From: Mobula hypostoma
Taxonomy: Eukaryota
Reading direction: 5' to 3'
NCBI RefSeq assembly: GCF_963921235.1
Contig: NC_086097.1
Coordinates: 244,964,001-245,028,000 of the forward strand
DNA length: 64,000 nucleotides
Shown here piece by piece: positions 37,794-50,699 of the stretch. Position 1 is the stretch's first letter; each line of letters begins with the position of its first letter. The notes beneath the pieces are model-generated. The model saw only the letters and a program-made list of their open reading frames with translations, did not search any database and was not told the origin of the DNA. A program made the position numbers and the translations under genes.

Positions 37794-38090
37794 GTCATAG
37801 TGTAGCGGTTAACGCAACACTATTAAAGCTCAGCGCGTTCCAAAGTTCAGAGTTCAATTCCGACATCATCTATAAGGAGTGTCCGTACCTCCTCCCCGTG
37901 GAATGAGTGGATTTTCTCCAGTTGCTCTGGTTTCCTCCCTCAATCCAAAGCCATGCCGGTTAGTAGGTTAATTGTTCACAGTAAATTGTTTTGTGGTTAG
38001 GTTCAGGTTAATCAGAATTGCCGTGGGTTGCTGGGTGGTTGTGCCTCGAAGGACCAGAAGGGCCTATTCTGCACTGTATCGCTAAATAAG
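37794..38090 (+). mobile_element. V-SINE (HE1-like)
   Basis: tRNA-like head (tagtgtagcggtta ... gagttcaattcc), V-domain and CR1-like tail gaagggcctattctgcactgtatc. Confidence 0.7.
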
Positions 38091-38477
38091 ATAGAAGGTC
38101 GTAGGGGTTCTGACCCTAATCCGCCTGGGTTGCGGAGAGGAGCAGATCTTCCTGGCTTGTTCAGTAAGAGGAATGAGGATAAAGTCAGCAACTCAAAGTC
38201 AGTCAGTTTTACCTCAGTAGTGGGAATCCTTTTGAAACAAGCACTTAATCATCACGCAAAGGGAAATTGATTAATTAAAGCAAGCCAACACAAATCTGTA
38301 AAGGGGACAAATCATGGTTAGCCAATTCAGTAGAATATGTTCATGAATTAACAGACAGAGTTCGTGATGTTTACATGGACTTCCAGAGCTGTTACATTAG
38401 AAAATGGGTTTTCCTGGGATCGAAGGAGATGGAGTGGTGATGTGATAGAAATATGCAAGATGATGAAAGGCATAAAC

Positions 38478-39090
38478 ATGAGCAATTCTGTGGATGCTGG
38501 ATATCCAAAGCAACACACACAAAATGCTGAAGGAACTTAGCAGGTCAGGCAGCATCTTGGAATTAAAAAACATTCAATGCTTTGGACCAAGGCCTTTCTT
38601 CCAGACTGGAAAGGAACGAGGAAGGAGGATTGTTGATAGGTGATACTAAAGTTGGGTGGGGGAGAAAGGTAAATGGCTGGAGGGGACGGAATATGATAGG
38701 ACAGGAGAGTGGACATGGGAGAAAGGGAAGAAGGAAGGGACTCAGGGGAAGGTGAGAGGCCAGAGTGGGGAAAAGCAGAAGAGGGGAGGGGGAGGGAATT
38801 GTTTTTTTATGGGAAGCAGAAACTGACGTTCATGCCATCAGGGTGCAGGCTACACAGAGGTGCTGCTCCTCCACCCTGACGGAGGCCTCATTGTGGTACA
38901 AGAGGAAGCCACGGACCAACATGTCGGAACGGAAATGGGAATCAGAATTAAAATGTTTGGACACCGGGAGGTTCTGCCTTTGGTAGATGGAGCATCGGTA
39001 CTCGACAAAGTGGTCCCCCAATTTACGACAGGTCTCTCCAATGCAGAGGAGGATGCGTCAGGAACACCAGACACAATAAATGACCCCAGC
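38478..39090 (-). mobile_element. Older Penelope 3' fragment
   Basis: Degenerate GIY-YIG end (GDHFVEY...LPVSKHFNSDSH) and terminal repeat with a decayed HHR motif. Confidence 0.75.
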
Positions 39091-42000
39091 AGATTTGATA
39101 GACATGACTGTATTCCTATTCTAGGGGTGTGACAAACAAAAGCGAAGAGGTTTGAGATGAGGGGACAGATAGGTAAAGGGAATATAGAACTGTAGACTCA
39201 TCGAGTCCTGCATACTGCCTCGTCCGTGCCACCTGTGATCCATATCTATGCTAATCCCATCTTCCTGCATTTGGCCCATATCCCTCTGTTCCTTTCCTAT
39301 CCATGTACCTGTCCAAATGCCTTTTTAAACATTGTAATTGTATCTGCCCTTTCCCCCGCCTCAGATAGCTCATTCTGTACACTCGCCACTCCTGGCATGA
39401 AAAACTTGACTTTCAAGTTTTCTTTACATACAGAGCAGACTCGATGGGCCGAATGGTCTGACATAGCTCTTATGTCAAATGTCTCATGGTTGTGACGGAT
39501 CGTCACTGTACAGGGCCAGGGGCGTCTCTTTTTGCCAAGCTCAGCTTTCTAACATAGCAGATGAGACTACTAAAGATCAAAGAGTTGTTTTTGAGTAAAT
39601 TAAACTTCCAACAATATTCTTTATTCAGCTTCTTATCATAAACAGAAGCCAATCTTCAGTTCTTAATGTGAATGGCAAGTAATAATCAGCCTGAAGTTAA
39701 AAGGGCAGCTTTGCAAACAAACCACAATGTCTATAGAGCTCAGATTGCTGGCCCGTAGCAGCAAGTTGATTGCTCGAGTGATGTAGTGTAAGAAAATGGG
39801 TTTATATTAGTTGGGCTGACAGTAGAGGTTAAGTTATTTAGTTCAAGGAAGCTTGTAGAACAGACTGATACCATCACTTACCACATTAATAGTTGAAAGA
39901 TCTATGTTCTCAGAGAGTCAGTAGCCACAGCATTAATTTTGGATGTTTGGCCAGAAGCTTTTAGATCATCAGTGTGAAAAGGTATCTGGGAAAAAAGTCA
40001 CGTGCGTGAAGTCACTATGTAGCAAGTCTAAATGTAAGAGGGAAGTCGGGGTTGTTTAGGAATGGTCAAAGTACAAGAAAAAGAATGACAGAAAGACGGG
40101 ATGAATTAGAATCCATTGCCCTGCCTTCGTCTGCAACTCACAGGTATGTCTTTTTAGCTTTAGGAATTGTACCTCTGTTTTGGAAATCCTTTGTGGTTTA
40201 GAGAACATTTGTAATTTGGAAATATTTTATAAAATAGAAATCATCTGTGAGTGTTTTAAGAATTTTATGTAAATTTAAATGTGTATCACCAGAAATAAAT
40301 GAATTATGTTTAAACTACTTTGTTAGCTGAGATCCACCACTCAAATAGTCGTTACTGACAACTAAACTCAACGTGGAAGATAGAGGGAAGTGATCTAGCC
40401 TTTGAGGAGTAGTTAACTACAATACAACTGGAGTAGTTAACTACAATACAACTGAAGTTACATATATCGTTTGAGTTTAGAATTTCACAGTCAGCAAACC
40501 CAACACCATCACATGGTCTAAATATTTTCCCCCTCACTTTAAACATGGAGTCATAGAGCACTACAGCACACATCCTAAGGTTGAAAGGTTCTTGATTATT
40601 AAGGGTGTCAAAGATTACAGGGAGAAGGCTGGAGAATGAGGTTCACAGGGATAATAAACCAGCCATTATGGAATGGTGGAGTAGACTTGAAGGATTGAAC
40701 AGCCTAATTCTGCTCCTGTGTCTTATGATCTTATGGTCTCACAACCTTTCAGGGGTAATGTTGTTTCAGACGGAGAACGGCTGATACCTGCAATATATTG
40801 CCAGGGATGATGGAATTAGATACAGTTGCTATGTATCCATCATTAAGGACCCCCATCACCCAGGACATGCCCTCTTCTCATTGCCACCATCAGGGAGGAG
40901 GTACAGGAGCCTGAAGACGCACACTCAGTGATTCAGGAACAGCTTCTTCCCCTCTGCCATCAGATCTCTGAATGAACCCGTGTACACGGCATCACTTTCT
41001 TGTTCTTTTTGCACTGCTTATTTAATTTAAACTTCATATATATTTACACTCGTGTATAACTCTTATGGTAATTTATAGTTTTTATTATAATGAATTGCAA
41101 CGTACTACTGCCGCAAAACAACAAATTTCACGACAAATGCCGGTGATGTTAAACCTGATTCAGATTCTGCTGCTTGAGAGGTTTTTGAACCAACACGTAA
41201 ATAGACAGAGGATAGAAGGAACCGATGTTAATGCTGGAACGTGGGATTAGAGTCGGTGGGAAAGAGCAGCACGGACGGGTTGTGCTGAAGGGCCTGTTTC
41301 TCTGTGACTTTTCAGCTCCGTGTCATAGACCTGATCTTGGCTAAATAGCAACATCAGAAGGTCATGCTGAACGGTTCTGTTCCAGAATGGACAAAGGCAA
41401 ATGCAGGTGCCCGTGAGGATAATTAACGTCCCAGCCTGGGATGAGAGTCATAATTACTAAACTGAAGACAGAAGGCACGTTAACTCTTCTTTCCACTCCC
41501 ACACAGAACTGTCCGTCCATAGCCTTGACCTTCGCTCGGGCCTCAACTTTGGAAACTTTGGTCTGGGTGAAGACTTGGGAACAGAAGGAAGGCACTGAGC
41601 TCGAATCTGCTCCTCCATTCCATCATGGCTGATTTATTTTCCCTCCTCAATCCCATTCGGCTGCCTTCTCACTGTAACATTTGATACCCTTACTAATCAT
41701 GAACTTATCAAGCTCTGCTTTAAATACACCCAAAGACTTGGCCTCCACAGCATTCCGGGGCAATGAGTTCCATGGATTCACCATCCTCTAGCTAAAGAAA
41801 TTAGCTGTTCTAAAGGACGTCCCTCTATTCTGAGCTGTTCCCTCCGGTCCTAGACTCCCCCACTATAGGAAACATCCTCTCCATGTCCATTCTATCTGGA
41901 CCTTTCAACATTTGATCAGTTTCAATTAGATCCCTCCTCACTCTTCCAAACTCCAGCAGGTACAGGCCAAAACCAGCAAACGCTCCTAATACATTAACCA

Positions 42001-42582
42001 TTTCCTTCCTGGTATCATTCACGTGAACCCCCTCTGAACTCTCTTTTCTTAGATAAGGGGGCCAAAACTGCCCACAATACTCCAAGTTTGCCCTTATAAA
42101 GCCTCAGCATATAACATAATTATATCTGAAACCTCCAGCGATGGTGTGCATCTGTTTGAATTACGACGGGACTGTGGAAGTGTGGGTCCAAACACCACTG
42201 GTATTGAGGCAGCTGCCCTTGGGTGAGATACGCTGAATGTGAAGTGTTTTGTATTGTACTGTGTATCTAATAACAGATACACCTGGCTATGTGTATTGTT
42301 GAAAGAGAGAAGTTATGCAGAGCATGTTTAGATTGGTTGAACCATAAATATTCCCTGGGTATGAAATGGGCTAGTTTCCAAATTGCAGACAGATGACTGA
42401 TCCTTACACGCCTTCAAACTGAAGTGTAAACCAATCCCAGGCTAGGCCAGAATGAAATGTGCGAGCTACCATCATTGTCGGCTCCACAAAGTTTTCAGAT
42501 TCACTGGGAGGACAGGAGAACCAGCCCCTAAAGGTTATATTGTAGGTCAAGTCAATGGTAGGGAAGACAAATACAATGTTAG

Positions 42583-42772
42583 CAACCCACACAAGGTGCT
42601 GGAGGAACTCAGCACGTCAGGCAGCATCTATGGAAAAGAGTAAACAGTTGACATTTCAGCCTGAAACATCGACTGTTTACTCTTTTCCATAGATGCTGCC
42701 TGACCTGCTGAGTTCCTCCAGCACTTTGTGTGTGTTTGGATTTCCAGCATCTGCAGATTTTCTCTTGTTTGT
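42583..42772. mobile_element. Penelope-derived fold-back mini-element (about 75 bp arms) with 8 bp TSD
   Basis: About 42584-42659 is inverted to 42661-42736, followed by a tail ending ctcttgtttg. TSD aatgttag at 42575-42582 and 42773-42780. Confidence 0.85.
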
Positions 42773-43249
42773 AATGTTAGAACTTATTTTGAGAACTAGA
42801 ACTTAAAAGCAAAGAACAAAGATCATAGAACAGTTCAGCACAGTACAGACCCTTTGGCCCACAATATTGTTCCGACCTTTTAACCTATTCAAGATCAATC
42901 TAACCCCAGGGTTCGCAGCCTGGGGTTCACAGACCCCTCAGTTAATGGTAGGGGTCCATGGCATAAAGAAGGTTGGGAACCTCTGCACTAACTATACCTG
43001 TTTGGGATACGTGCCAAAGAAACAAAACTGAGAAAAATGAAAATTATCTTTATACAAAGCAATGTTGTAATCTGGAATGCAACATTGAAATGCCATTGTA
43101 AACAGATTCAGATAACTTTGAAAGAGAAATTGGATAAGTTCTTATTTATACAAGAGATTCTGCAGATGTTGGAAATCCAGGGCAACACACACAAAATACT
43201 GGAGGACCTCAACAGATCAGGCAGCATCTATGGAAAGATTTCAGAAAAT

Positions 43250-43530
43250 ATGCCACGCCATTGGCTTTTGGGACCACCTGGAAAAGGAAGCCATTGAAAT
43301 AAAACTAGAAGAAAAGCATTTTCGCAAAGACAAAGAACTGGAAACAAGCAGAAACCTGATTGGATGAGGACTGTGGGAATCAGGTGGGACTGTCTGGGGG
43401 GGTATAAATACCATCAAACTAGACGTGACCAGGCATCATTCCTGATGAAGATGGCAGAGTTTGTCATTGAAACATCGGTTATAATCAATAGCTGTACCTG
43501 GCTGGAAGCCCAGGAAGAATTTATTTGTCA
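43250..43530 (+). mobile_element. 3' end of a distinct (Penelope/Poseidon-type) PLE with its own hammerhead motif
   Basis: GFWDHLEKEAIEIKLEEKHFRKD resembles the GIY-YIG C-terminal EAIEI motif. HHR motif CTGATGA(43442)-a-gatggca-gagtt-tgtcatt-GAAAC-ATC. Confidence 0.65.
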
Positions 43531-43929
43531 CTTACAGAATCAGAATCAGGTTTATTATCACCGGCATGTGTCGTGGAATTTGTTAACTTAGCAGCAGTAG
43601 TTAAATGCAATATATATTATAGAAGAGAGAAAAAATAATAATAATTAAGTAAATAAGTAAATCAATTAAAGTATACATATATTGAATACGTTTTAAAAAA
43701 CGTGCAAAAAACAGAAATACTGTATATTAAAAAAAAGTGAGGTGGTGTCCAAGGGTTCAATGTCCAATTAGGAATCGGATGGCAGAGGGGAAGAAGCTGT
43801 TCCTGAATCGCTGAGTGTGTGCCTTCAGGCTTCTGTACCTCCTACTTGATGGTAACAGTGAGAAAAGGGCATGCCCTGGGTGCTGGAGGTCCTTAATAAT
43901 GAACGCTGCCTTTCTGAGACACTGCTAGG

Positions 43930-46155
43930 AAAGCAATAGAAACTGGATCATAATATGATCGAATTCACCCTGAAATGTGAAGAGAAGCTAAAGTCAGTAA
44001 TATCAATACTGCAGCGGAGTAAAGGGAATTACAGAGGCATGAGCTGGCCAAAACTGATTGGAAAAGAACACTGGCAAGGATGACGGTAGAGGAGCAATGA
44101 CTGGAATTTCTGGACGCAATTCAGAAGGCACAGAATATATACATCCCAAAGAGGAGGAAGTAGTCGAAAAGCAAGATGATATAACTGTGACTAACAAGAG
44201 AAATCAAAGCCAAAAAGTGGGTGTAGAATAGAGTAAAGATTAATGGGGTGTTAGAGAATTGGGAAGCTTTTAAAAACCAACAGAAGGCAATGAAAAAGAG
44301 TCATTAAGAAGAAAAAGATAGCATATATGAAAGTAAGCTAGCCAATAATATTAAAGAGGATACCAAAAGTTTCTGCAGATACATAAAGTGTAAAAGAAAG
44401 TCGAGCATGGATATCAGACTGCTGGAAAATGATGCTGGAGAGGAAGTAACAGGGGACGACGAAATGGCAGACAAACAGAATAAATACTTTGCATCAGTCT
44501 TCACTGGGGAAGATATTAGCAGTATGGTGGAAGTTCCAGGTGTCAGGAGTCAAAAGAGTGTGAATTTGCCGTTACTAGGGAGAAAGCTCTTGGAAAAGTG
44601 AAAGGTCTGACAGTGGATAAGTCACCAGGACCAGATGGTGTATTCCCCAGGGTTCTGAAAGTGATGGCTGAGAAGATCGTGGAGGCATTAGTAATGATCT
44701 TTCAAAAATCACTAGATTCTGTAATGGTTGTGGAAGACTGGAAATTTGTAGATGTCACTCCAGTCTTCAATAAGGGAGAGAGGCAGGAGAAAGGAAATTA
44801 TAGGTTAATTAGTCTGAACCTAGTGGTTGGGAAGACGTTGGATTGATTATTAAGGGTATGGTTTTGGAGTACTTGGAGGCACATTATAAAATAGACCATG
44901 GTTTCCTCAAGGAAAAAGCTTGCCTGACAAATCTGTTGGAATTCTTTGAAGAAATAACAAGCAGGATAGACAAAAAAGAGAATCAGTTGATGTTATGTTC
45001 TTAGATTTTCAGAAGGCCTTTGAAAAGGTTGCTTAACAAACCATGAGCCCATGGTATTACAGGAAAGATTCTAGCATGGATAAAGCAGTGGCTGGTTGGC
45101 AGAAAGCAAGAACTGGGAATAAAGGGAGTCTTTTCTGGCTAGCTGCCAGTGACTAGTGGTGTCCCACAAGAGTCTGTGTTGGGACGGATTCCTTTTACAT
45201 TATATGTTAATAATTTGGATGATGGAATTCATGGTTTTGTTGCAAAGTTTGCAGACAATATGAAGATAGGTGGAGGGGCAGGGTGTTTTGAGGAAATAGA
45301 AATGCTACAGAAGGACTTAAACATTAGGAGAATGGGAAAAGAAGTGGCAGATGGAATAAAATGTCGGGAAGTGTTTTGGTCATGCACAAAGGCTCGACTA
45401 TTTTCTAAGTGGAGAGAATATTCAAAAATCTGAAGTGCAAAGGGAATTGGGAGTCCTTGTGCGGGATTCCCTAAAGATTAAGGATTAATTTGCAGGTTGA
45501 CTCTGTATTGAGGAAGGCAAATGCAATGTTAGCGTTCATTTCAAGAGGACGAGAATATAAAAGCAAGGATATAATGCTGAAATTTTATTAAAGCACTGGT
45601 GAGTTCTCACTTAGAGTATTGTGAGCAGTTTTGGGCCCCTTATCTTCGAAAGGATGTGCTAAAAACTGGAGAGGGTTCAAAGGAGGTTCACAAAAATGAT
45701 TCCAGGATTGAATGGCTTGTCAGATGAAAAGCGTTTGATGGCTCTGGGCCTGTATTCACTGGAATTCAGAAGATGAGGAGTGACCTCATTGAAACCTTTT
45801 GATTGTTGAAAGGCCTCGATAGAATGGAGAAGATGTTTCCTGTGATGGGAGAATCTAAGACCAGAGGGCACAGCCTCAGAATAGAGGGGCATCCTTTTAG
45901 AATGGAGATTTAAGAGGAATTTCTTTGGCCAGAGAGCGGTGAATTAGTTGCCACAGGGGACTGTGGAGGCCAAGTCTTTATGTATATTTAAGGCAGAAGT
46001 TTCTCTGAGATGGGATTCTTGATTGGTCGGGGTATGAAGGGATACAGGGAGAAGGAGGTTAGGACTGAGAGGAAAATTGGATCGGCCATGATGAAATGGC
46101 GAAGCAGATTCGATGGGCCAAATGGCCTAATTCTGCTCCTGTATCTTATGGTCCT
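43930..46155 (+). mobile_element. Degenerate CR1 LINE ORF2
   Basis: KSPGPDGVFPRVLK, TSGVPQESVLG, AKFADNMKIGG and a CR1 3' UTR. Confidence 0.88.
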
Positions 46156-46729
46156 ACAAAGCAAATGACACATTTTGCCGTACACTCAGTGGCCACTTTA
46201 TTAGGTACACCTGTACATCTGATCATTAATGCAGATAGGACGTCTGATCAGAATCAGGTTCAATATCAATGGCATATGTCACAAAGTGTGTTGTTTTGTG
46301 GCAGCAGTACAGAGTACAGAAATACATTCCAGGCACCCATCACTCTCTGTGTCAACAACTTGCCCCTCACAGCTCCCTTTAGGCCACCAACCTAAAGTAA
46401 AGCTGTAAATAAGATTGAAAGAGTGCAGAGAAATTTTACAAGGATTTTTCCCCTTGACCTTTCACCCCTTACTAATCAAGAACCTATCATCCTGCACTTT
46501 AATTATACTCAATGAGTTGGAGAAAAGTGATATAAGACATTGGAGCAGAATCAGGCCATTCGGCCCATTGAGTCTGTTCTGCAATTCCATCATGGCTGAT
46601 TTATTATCCCTCTTGACCCCATTCTCCTGCCTTCTCCTTGTAACTTTTGACAGCCTGACAAATGAAGAACTTATCAACCTCCACCTCAAATATACCCAAT
46701 GACTTGGAGTCCACAGCCAACTGTGGTAA

Positions 46730-48081
46730 TGAGTGGTAACGATGGAACAGATCCTGAGAGGCAGGATTTATGAACATTCGGAGAGGCATAATATGATTAG
46801 GAATAGTCAGCATGGCTTTGTCAAGGGCAGGTCGTGCCTTATGAGCCTGAATGAATTTTTTGAGGATGTGACTAAACACATTAATGAAGGTAGAGCAGTA
46901 GATGTAGTGTATATGGATTTCAGCAAGGCATTGGATAAGGTACCTCATGCAAGGCTTATTGAGAAAGTAAGGAGGCATGGGATCCAAGGGGACATTGCTT
47001 TGTGGATCCAGAACTGGCTTGCCCACAGAAGGCAAAGAGTGGTTGTAGACGGGTCATATTCTGCATGGAGGTTGTTGACCAGTAGTGTGCCTCAGGGATC
47101 TGTTCTGGGACCCTTACTCCTCGTGATTTTTATAAGTGACCTAGATGAGGAAGTGACAGGATGGGTTAGTAAATTTGCTGATGGCACATAGGTTGGGGGT
47201 GTTATGGACAGTGTGAAGGGCTGTCAGAGGTTACAGCGGGACATTGATAGGATGCAAAACTGGGCTGAGAAGTGGCAGATGGAGTTCAACCCAGATAAGT
47301 GTGAGGTGGTTCATTTTGGTAGGTCAAATCTGATGACAGAATATAGTATTAATGGTAAGACTCTTGGCAGTGTGGAGGATCAGAGGGATCTTGGGATCCA
47401 AATCCATCGGACACTCAAAGCTGCTACGCAGATTGACTCTGTGGTTAAGAAGGCTTACGGTTCATTGGCCTTCATCAATCGTGGGATTGAGTTTAAGAAC
47501 TGAGAGGTAATGATGCAGCTATATAGGACCCTGGTCAGACCCCATTTGGAGTACTGTGCTCAGTTCTGGTCACCTCACTACAGGAAGGATGTGGAAACTA
47601 TAGAAAGGGTGCAGAGGAGATTTACAAGGATGTTGCCTGGGTTGGGGAGCATGCCTTATGAGAACAGGTTGAGTGAACTTGGTCTTTTCTCCTTGAAGTG
47701 ACGGAGGATGAGAGGTGACCTGATAGAGGTGTATAAGATGATGAGAGGCATTAATCATGCGGATAGTCAGAGGCTTTTTCCTAGGGCTGAAATGGCTAGC
47801 ACGAGAGGGCACAGTTTTAAGGTGCTTGGAAGTAGGTACAGAGGAGATGTCAGGGGTAAGTTTTTTACGCAGAGAGTGGTGAGTGCGTGGAATGGGCTGC
47901 TGGCGACAATGGTGGAGGCAAATACGATAGGGTCTTTTAAGAGACTCCTGGGTAGGTACATGGAGCTTAGAAAAATAGAGGGCTATGGGTAACACTAGGT
48001 AATTTCTAAAGTAAGGACACGTTCGGCACAGCATTGTGGGCCGAAGGGCCTGTATTGTGCTGTAGGTTTTCTATGTTTCTA
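46730..48081 (+). mobile_element. Fairly young CR1 LINE, 5'-truncated, inserted in an older minus-strand CR1
   Basis: One reading frame with few stops ([40 protein letters not shown]). Tail ttctatgtttctatg. Minus-strand CR1 continues at 46535-46730 and 48082-48495. Confidence 0.9.
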
Positions 48082-48496
48082 TGAGTTCCACAAATTCACC
48101 ATCCTCTTGATAAAAAATTTCCTTGGAACTCTGTTCTAAATGGATGTCCCTCTATTCTGAAGTTGTACCCTCTAGTCCCAGACTCTCCCACTATAAGAAA
48201 CATCCTCTTCATGTCCACTCTATCGAGGCCGTTCGGTATTCGATAGGTTTCAATGAGATCCCCCCCTCGTTCTTCTAAACTTCAGTGAGTACAAGCCCAG
48301 AGCCATCTAATATCCTCATATATTAACACTTTCATTCCTGGAATTATTCTCATGAGTCTCCTCTGGACCCTCTCCAATGCCAGCACATCTTTTCTTAGAT
48401 AAGGGACCCAAAACTGCTCATTATGCTCCAAGTGCAGTCTGGCCAATGCCTTATGAAGCCTCAGCATTACATCCTTGCTTTTGTATTCTAGTCTGC

Positions 48497-49008
48497 AGTA
48501 CTGTGCAAAAGGCACATTTATATAGTTAGTGTGCCTAAGAATTTGTACAGTACAGTACCGTATTTGTCAATGTGGATCAGAGAGTGAGTTTGTGGAAAGG
48601 ATGTTGGGAATGGCGAGATCTGGAATGTCACGGGAGGGGTGTGGAACAGGTGACAGAGATGGAATGCCAGGGGTGGGGGTGATGCGGGTGCAGACACACC
48701 CAGCCCTGAGACACCAGGCAAGGTCATTTGATTCCAAAGAATTGGTTTATTGATCATTACAGAATGCCTCTCTGGTGCTTCCCGCTCCCTTCCCCTTTTC
48801 CCAACCATGATCCATCTCCCTGCCCCCTTCCCACTCTCAGTCCACAATAGAGACCCGTATCAGAATCAGGTTTATCATCACTCATGGCTGTCATGAAATT
48901 TTTTTTTTTTGTCACAGCAGTACAGTGCAGTACATAAAATTACTCCAGTACTGAGCAAATGTCTTGGGCACCCTAGCTTATATATATATATACTTTGCAC
49001 AGTACTGT
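48497..49008. mobile_element. Composite Tc1-like MITE unit (copy 2)
   Basis: Outer ends CAGTACTGTGCAAA / TTTGCACAGTACTG-TA. Interior homologous to 2962-3363. Confidence 0.7.
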
Positions 49009-50159
49009 ATGTATTTTGTATCAAGACTCTAGAGACAGCAACATTACCTCAGAAACCTGCTGAATGAGGTTTATGTGATCTTGGGTTGTAAGGACAGAGC
49101 TCAACACATCACGGAAACCAGCCTCCCCTCCATGGATTCTGTCTACACTTCTCGCTGCCTCGGTAAGGCAGCCAACACGATTAAAGACCCCACCTCTTCT
49201 GGACATTCTCCCTTTCCCCCTCTCCCACTGTGCTGAAGATACAAATGATGGAAAACACATACCCCAGGCTCAAGGACAACTTCTGCCCCACTGTTGTAAG
49301 GATATTAAATGGCCCCCTCGTACGATAAGTTGGACTCTTGACCTCACAATCTGCCTTGTTCCTCAATGTTTACCTGCACTGCACTTTCTCTGTAACTGTC
49401 ACACTTCATTCTGCACTGTGTTAATGCTTTACCTTGTAATGAATTGGTTTGTATGAACAGTATGCAAGTCAAGCTTTTCACTGTATCTCTGTGCATGAAA
49501 CATAGATCAGTACAGCCCCCAGACAGGCCCTTCAACCCACGATGCTGTGCCAAACTGATTAAATCAGTAATCAAATGCCAAAATGAATCCCTTCTGCCTA
49601 CACAAAGTCAATATTCTTCCACTTCCTGCCTATCTAAGAGCCTACGGAATGACTCTAATCATATTTACCTCCAGCACCATACTTGGTGTTGCATTCCAGG
49701 CACCCACTCCTCTGTGTTAACAAAACTTGTCTCACAATCTCCTTTGAACTTGTCCCCCCAGCCCCCAATCCCTCGACTTTAAATATCTCTGCTATGAGAC
49801 ATTTCAACACTGGGAAAACAATTCTGGCTGACTATTTATGCCTCTCTTAATTTTGTAAAGCTCCCATCATCTGCTCCAGCGAAAACAATCCAAGTTTGCC
49901 CAGCCATTCCAAGCAGCATCTGGATAAACTGATTCATCAACTTATTTAGCCAGGACGTAATCCATAGACATCGTAATACACATTTGTAAATGATTTTAAT
50001 AAAGTAAACATGGAATAACATTTACAAATTGCAGAATAGTCTTTAATCAGCAGATACAGATTTCAGGGGAATGGGTTTGGAGCCAGTGGTGAGGTGAGAA
50101 TTTTTCTTGACTTGGTTGGCTAGTTTCCGGCACCATCATAGCAAGGCAACAAGGTGGTC

Positions 50160-50320
50160 CTGTGTACATGGTTAGCCGGTTGATGGATTCATGTTGTTGT
50201 GGGCCGGATGTGCGGTACCTGGTCAACTAGGAAGGGTACAGCCCAGTAGAGAGGTCTTGGGTGTCGTCCAGTTATATCTTGTATCCAATGCTCATCGCTG
50301 AGTTCCAGCAGACCCACTTG
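50160..50320 (+). mobile_element. Degenerate chromodomain of a chromovirus (Gypsy) integrase
   Basis: Frame from 50162 reads VYMVSRLMDSCCCGPDVRYLVN*EGYSPVERSWVSSSYILYPMLIAEFQQTH, matching the YLVxWEGYxPEERSW chromodomain pattern. Confidence 0.8.
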
Positions 50321-50366
50321 AGTCATCTTGGGCCGTCGGGGGTCAGACACGGAGGCGTGGGGGTCC

Positions 50367-50699
50367 TGTCAGGCCTGCTCCTGCAGACACCTCCCAGTCT
50401 CCATCCAACTAATAGAATTCACCTGCTGCTCATTCCACACCCGTCACCTGCAGCCTATTTAACCCCAGATCTCCTCCTCAGCCCTTGGTCACTCATTGAA
50501 CCAGCCGGCCTCAACCAGTTGCTTCCAGCCCAAAGTTTACCTTGTTGCCCATTGTGTTGAGTTTCTGTTCTCTCTTTTCTCGCTTGACGGACCCCTTGTG
50601 GCTTGTTATTTTGTGGTCTATTATTAAAGTTATCGCTTCCCACTGAATCATCTCCACTGCTTGCTTTTGGGTCAAGCCTCCCCTACATTCCCTGTGACA
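50367..50699 (+). mobile_element. 3' LTR of the chromovirus remnant
   Basis: TGTCA...TGACA termini, preceded by a G-rich PPT-like tract. TATA-like cctatttaa near 50455 and ATTAAA at 50623. Confidence 0.75.
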
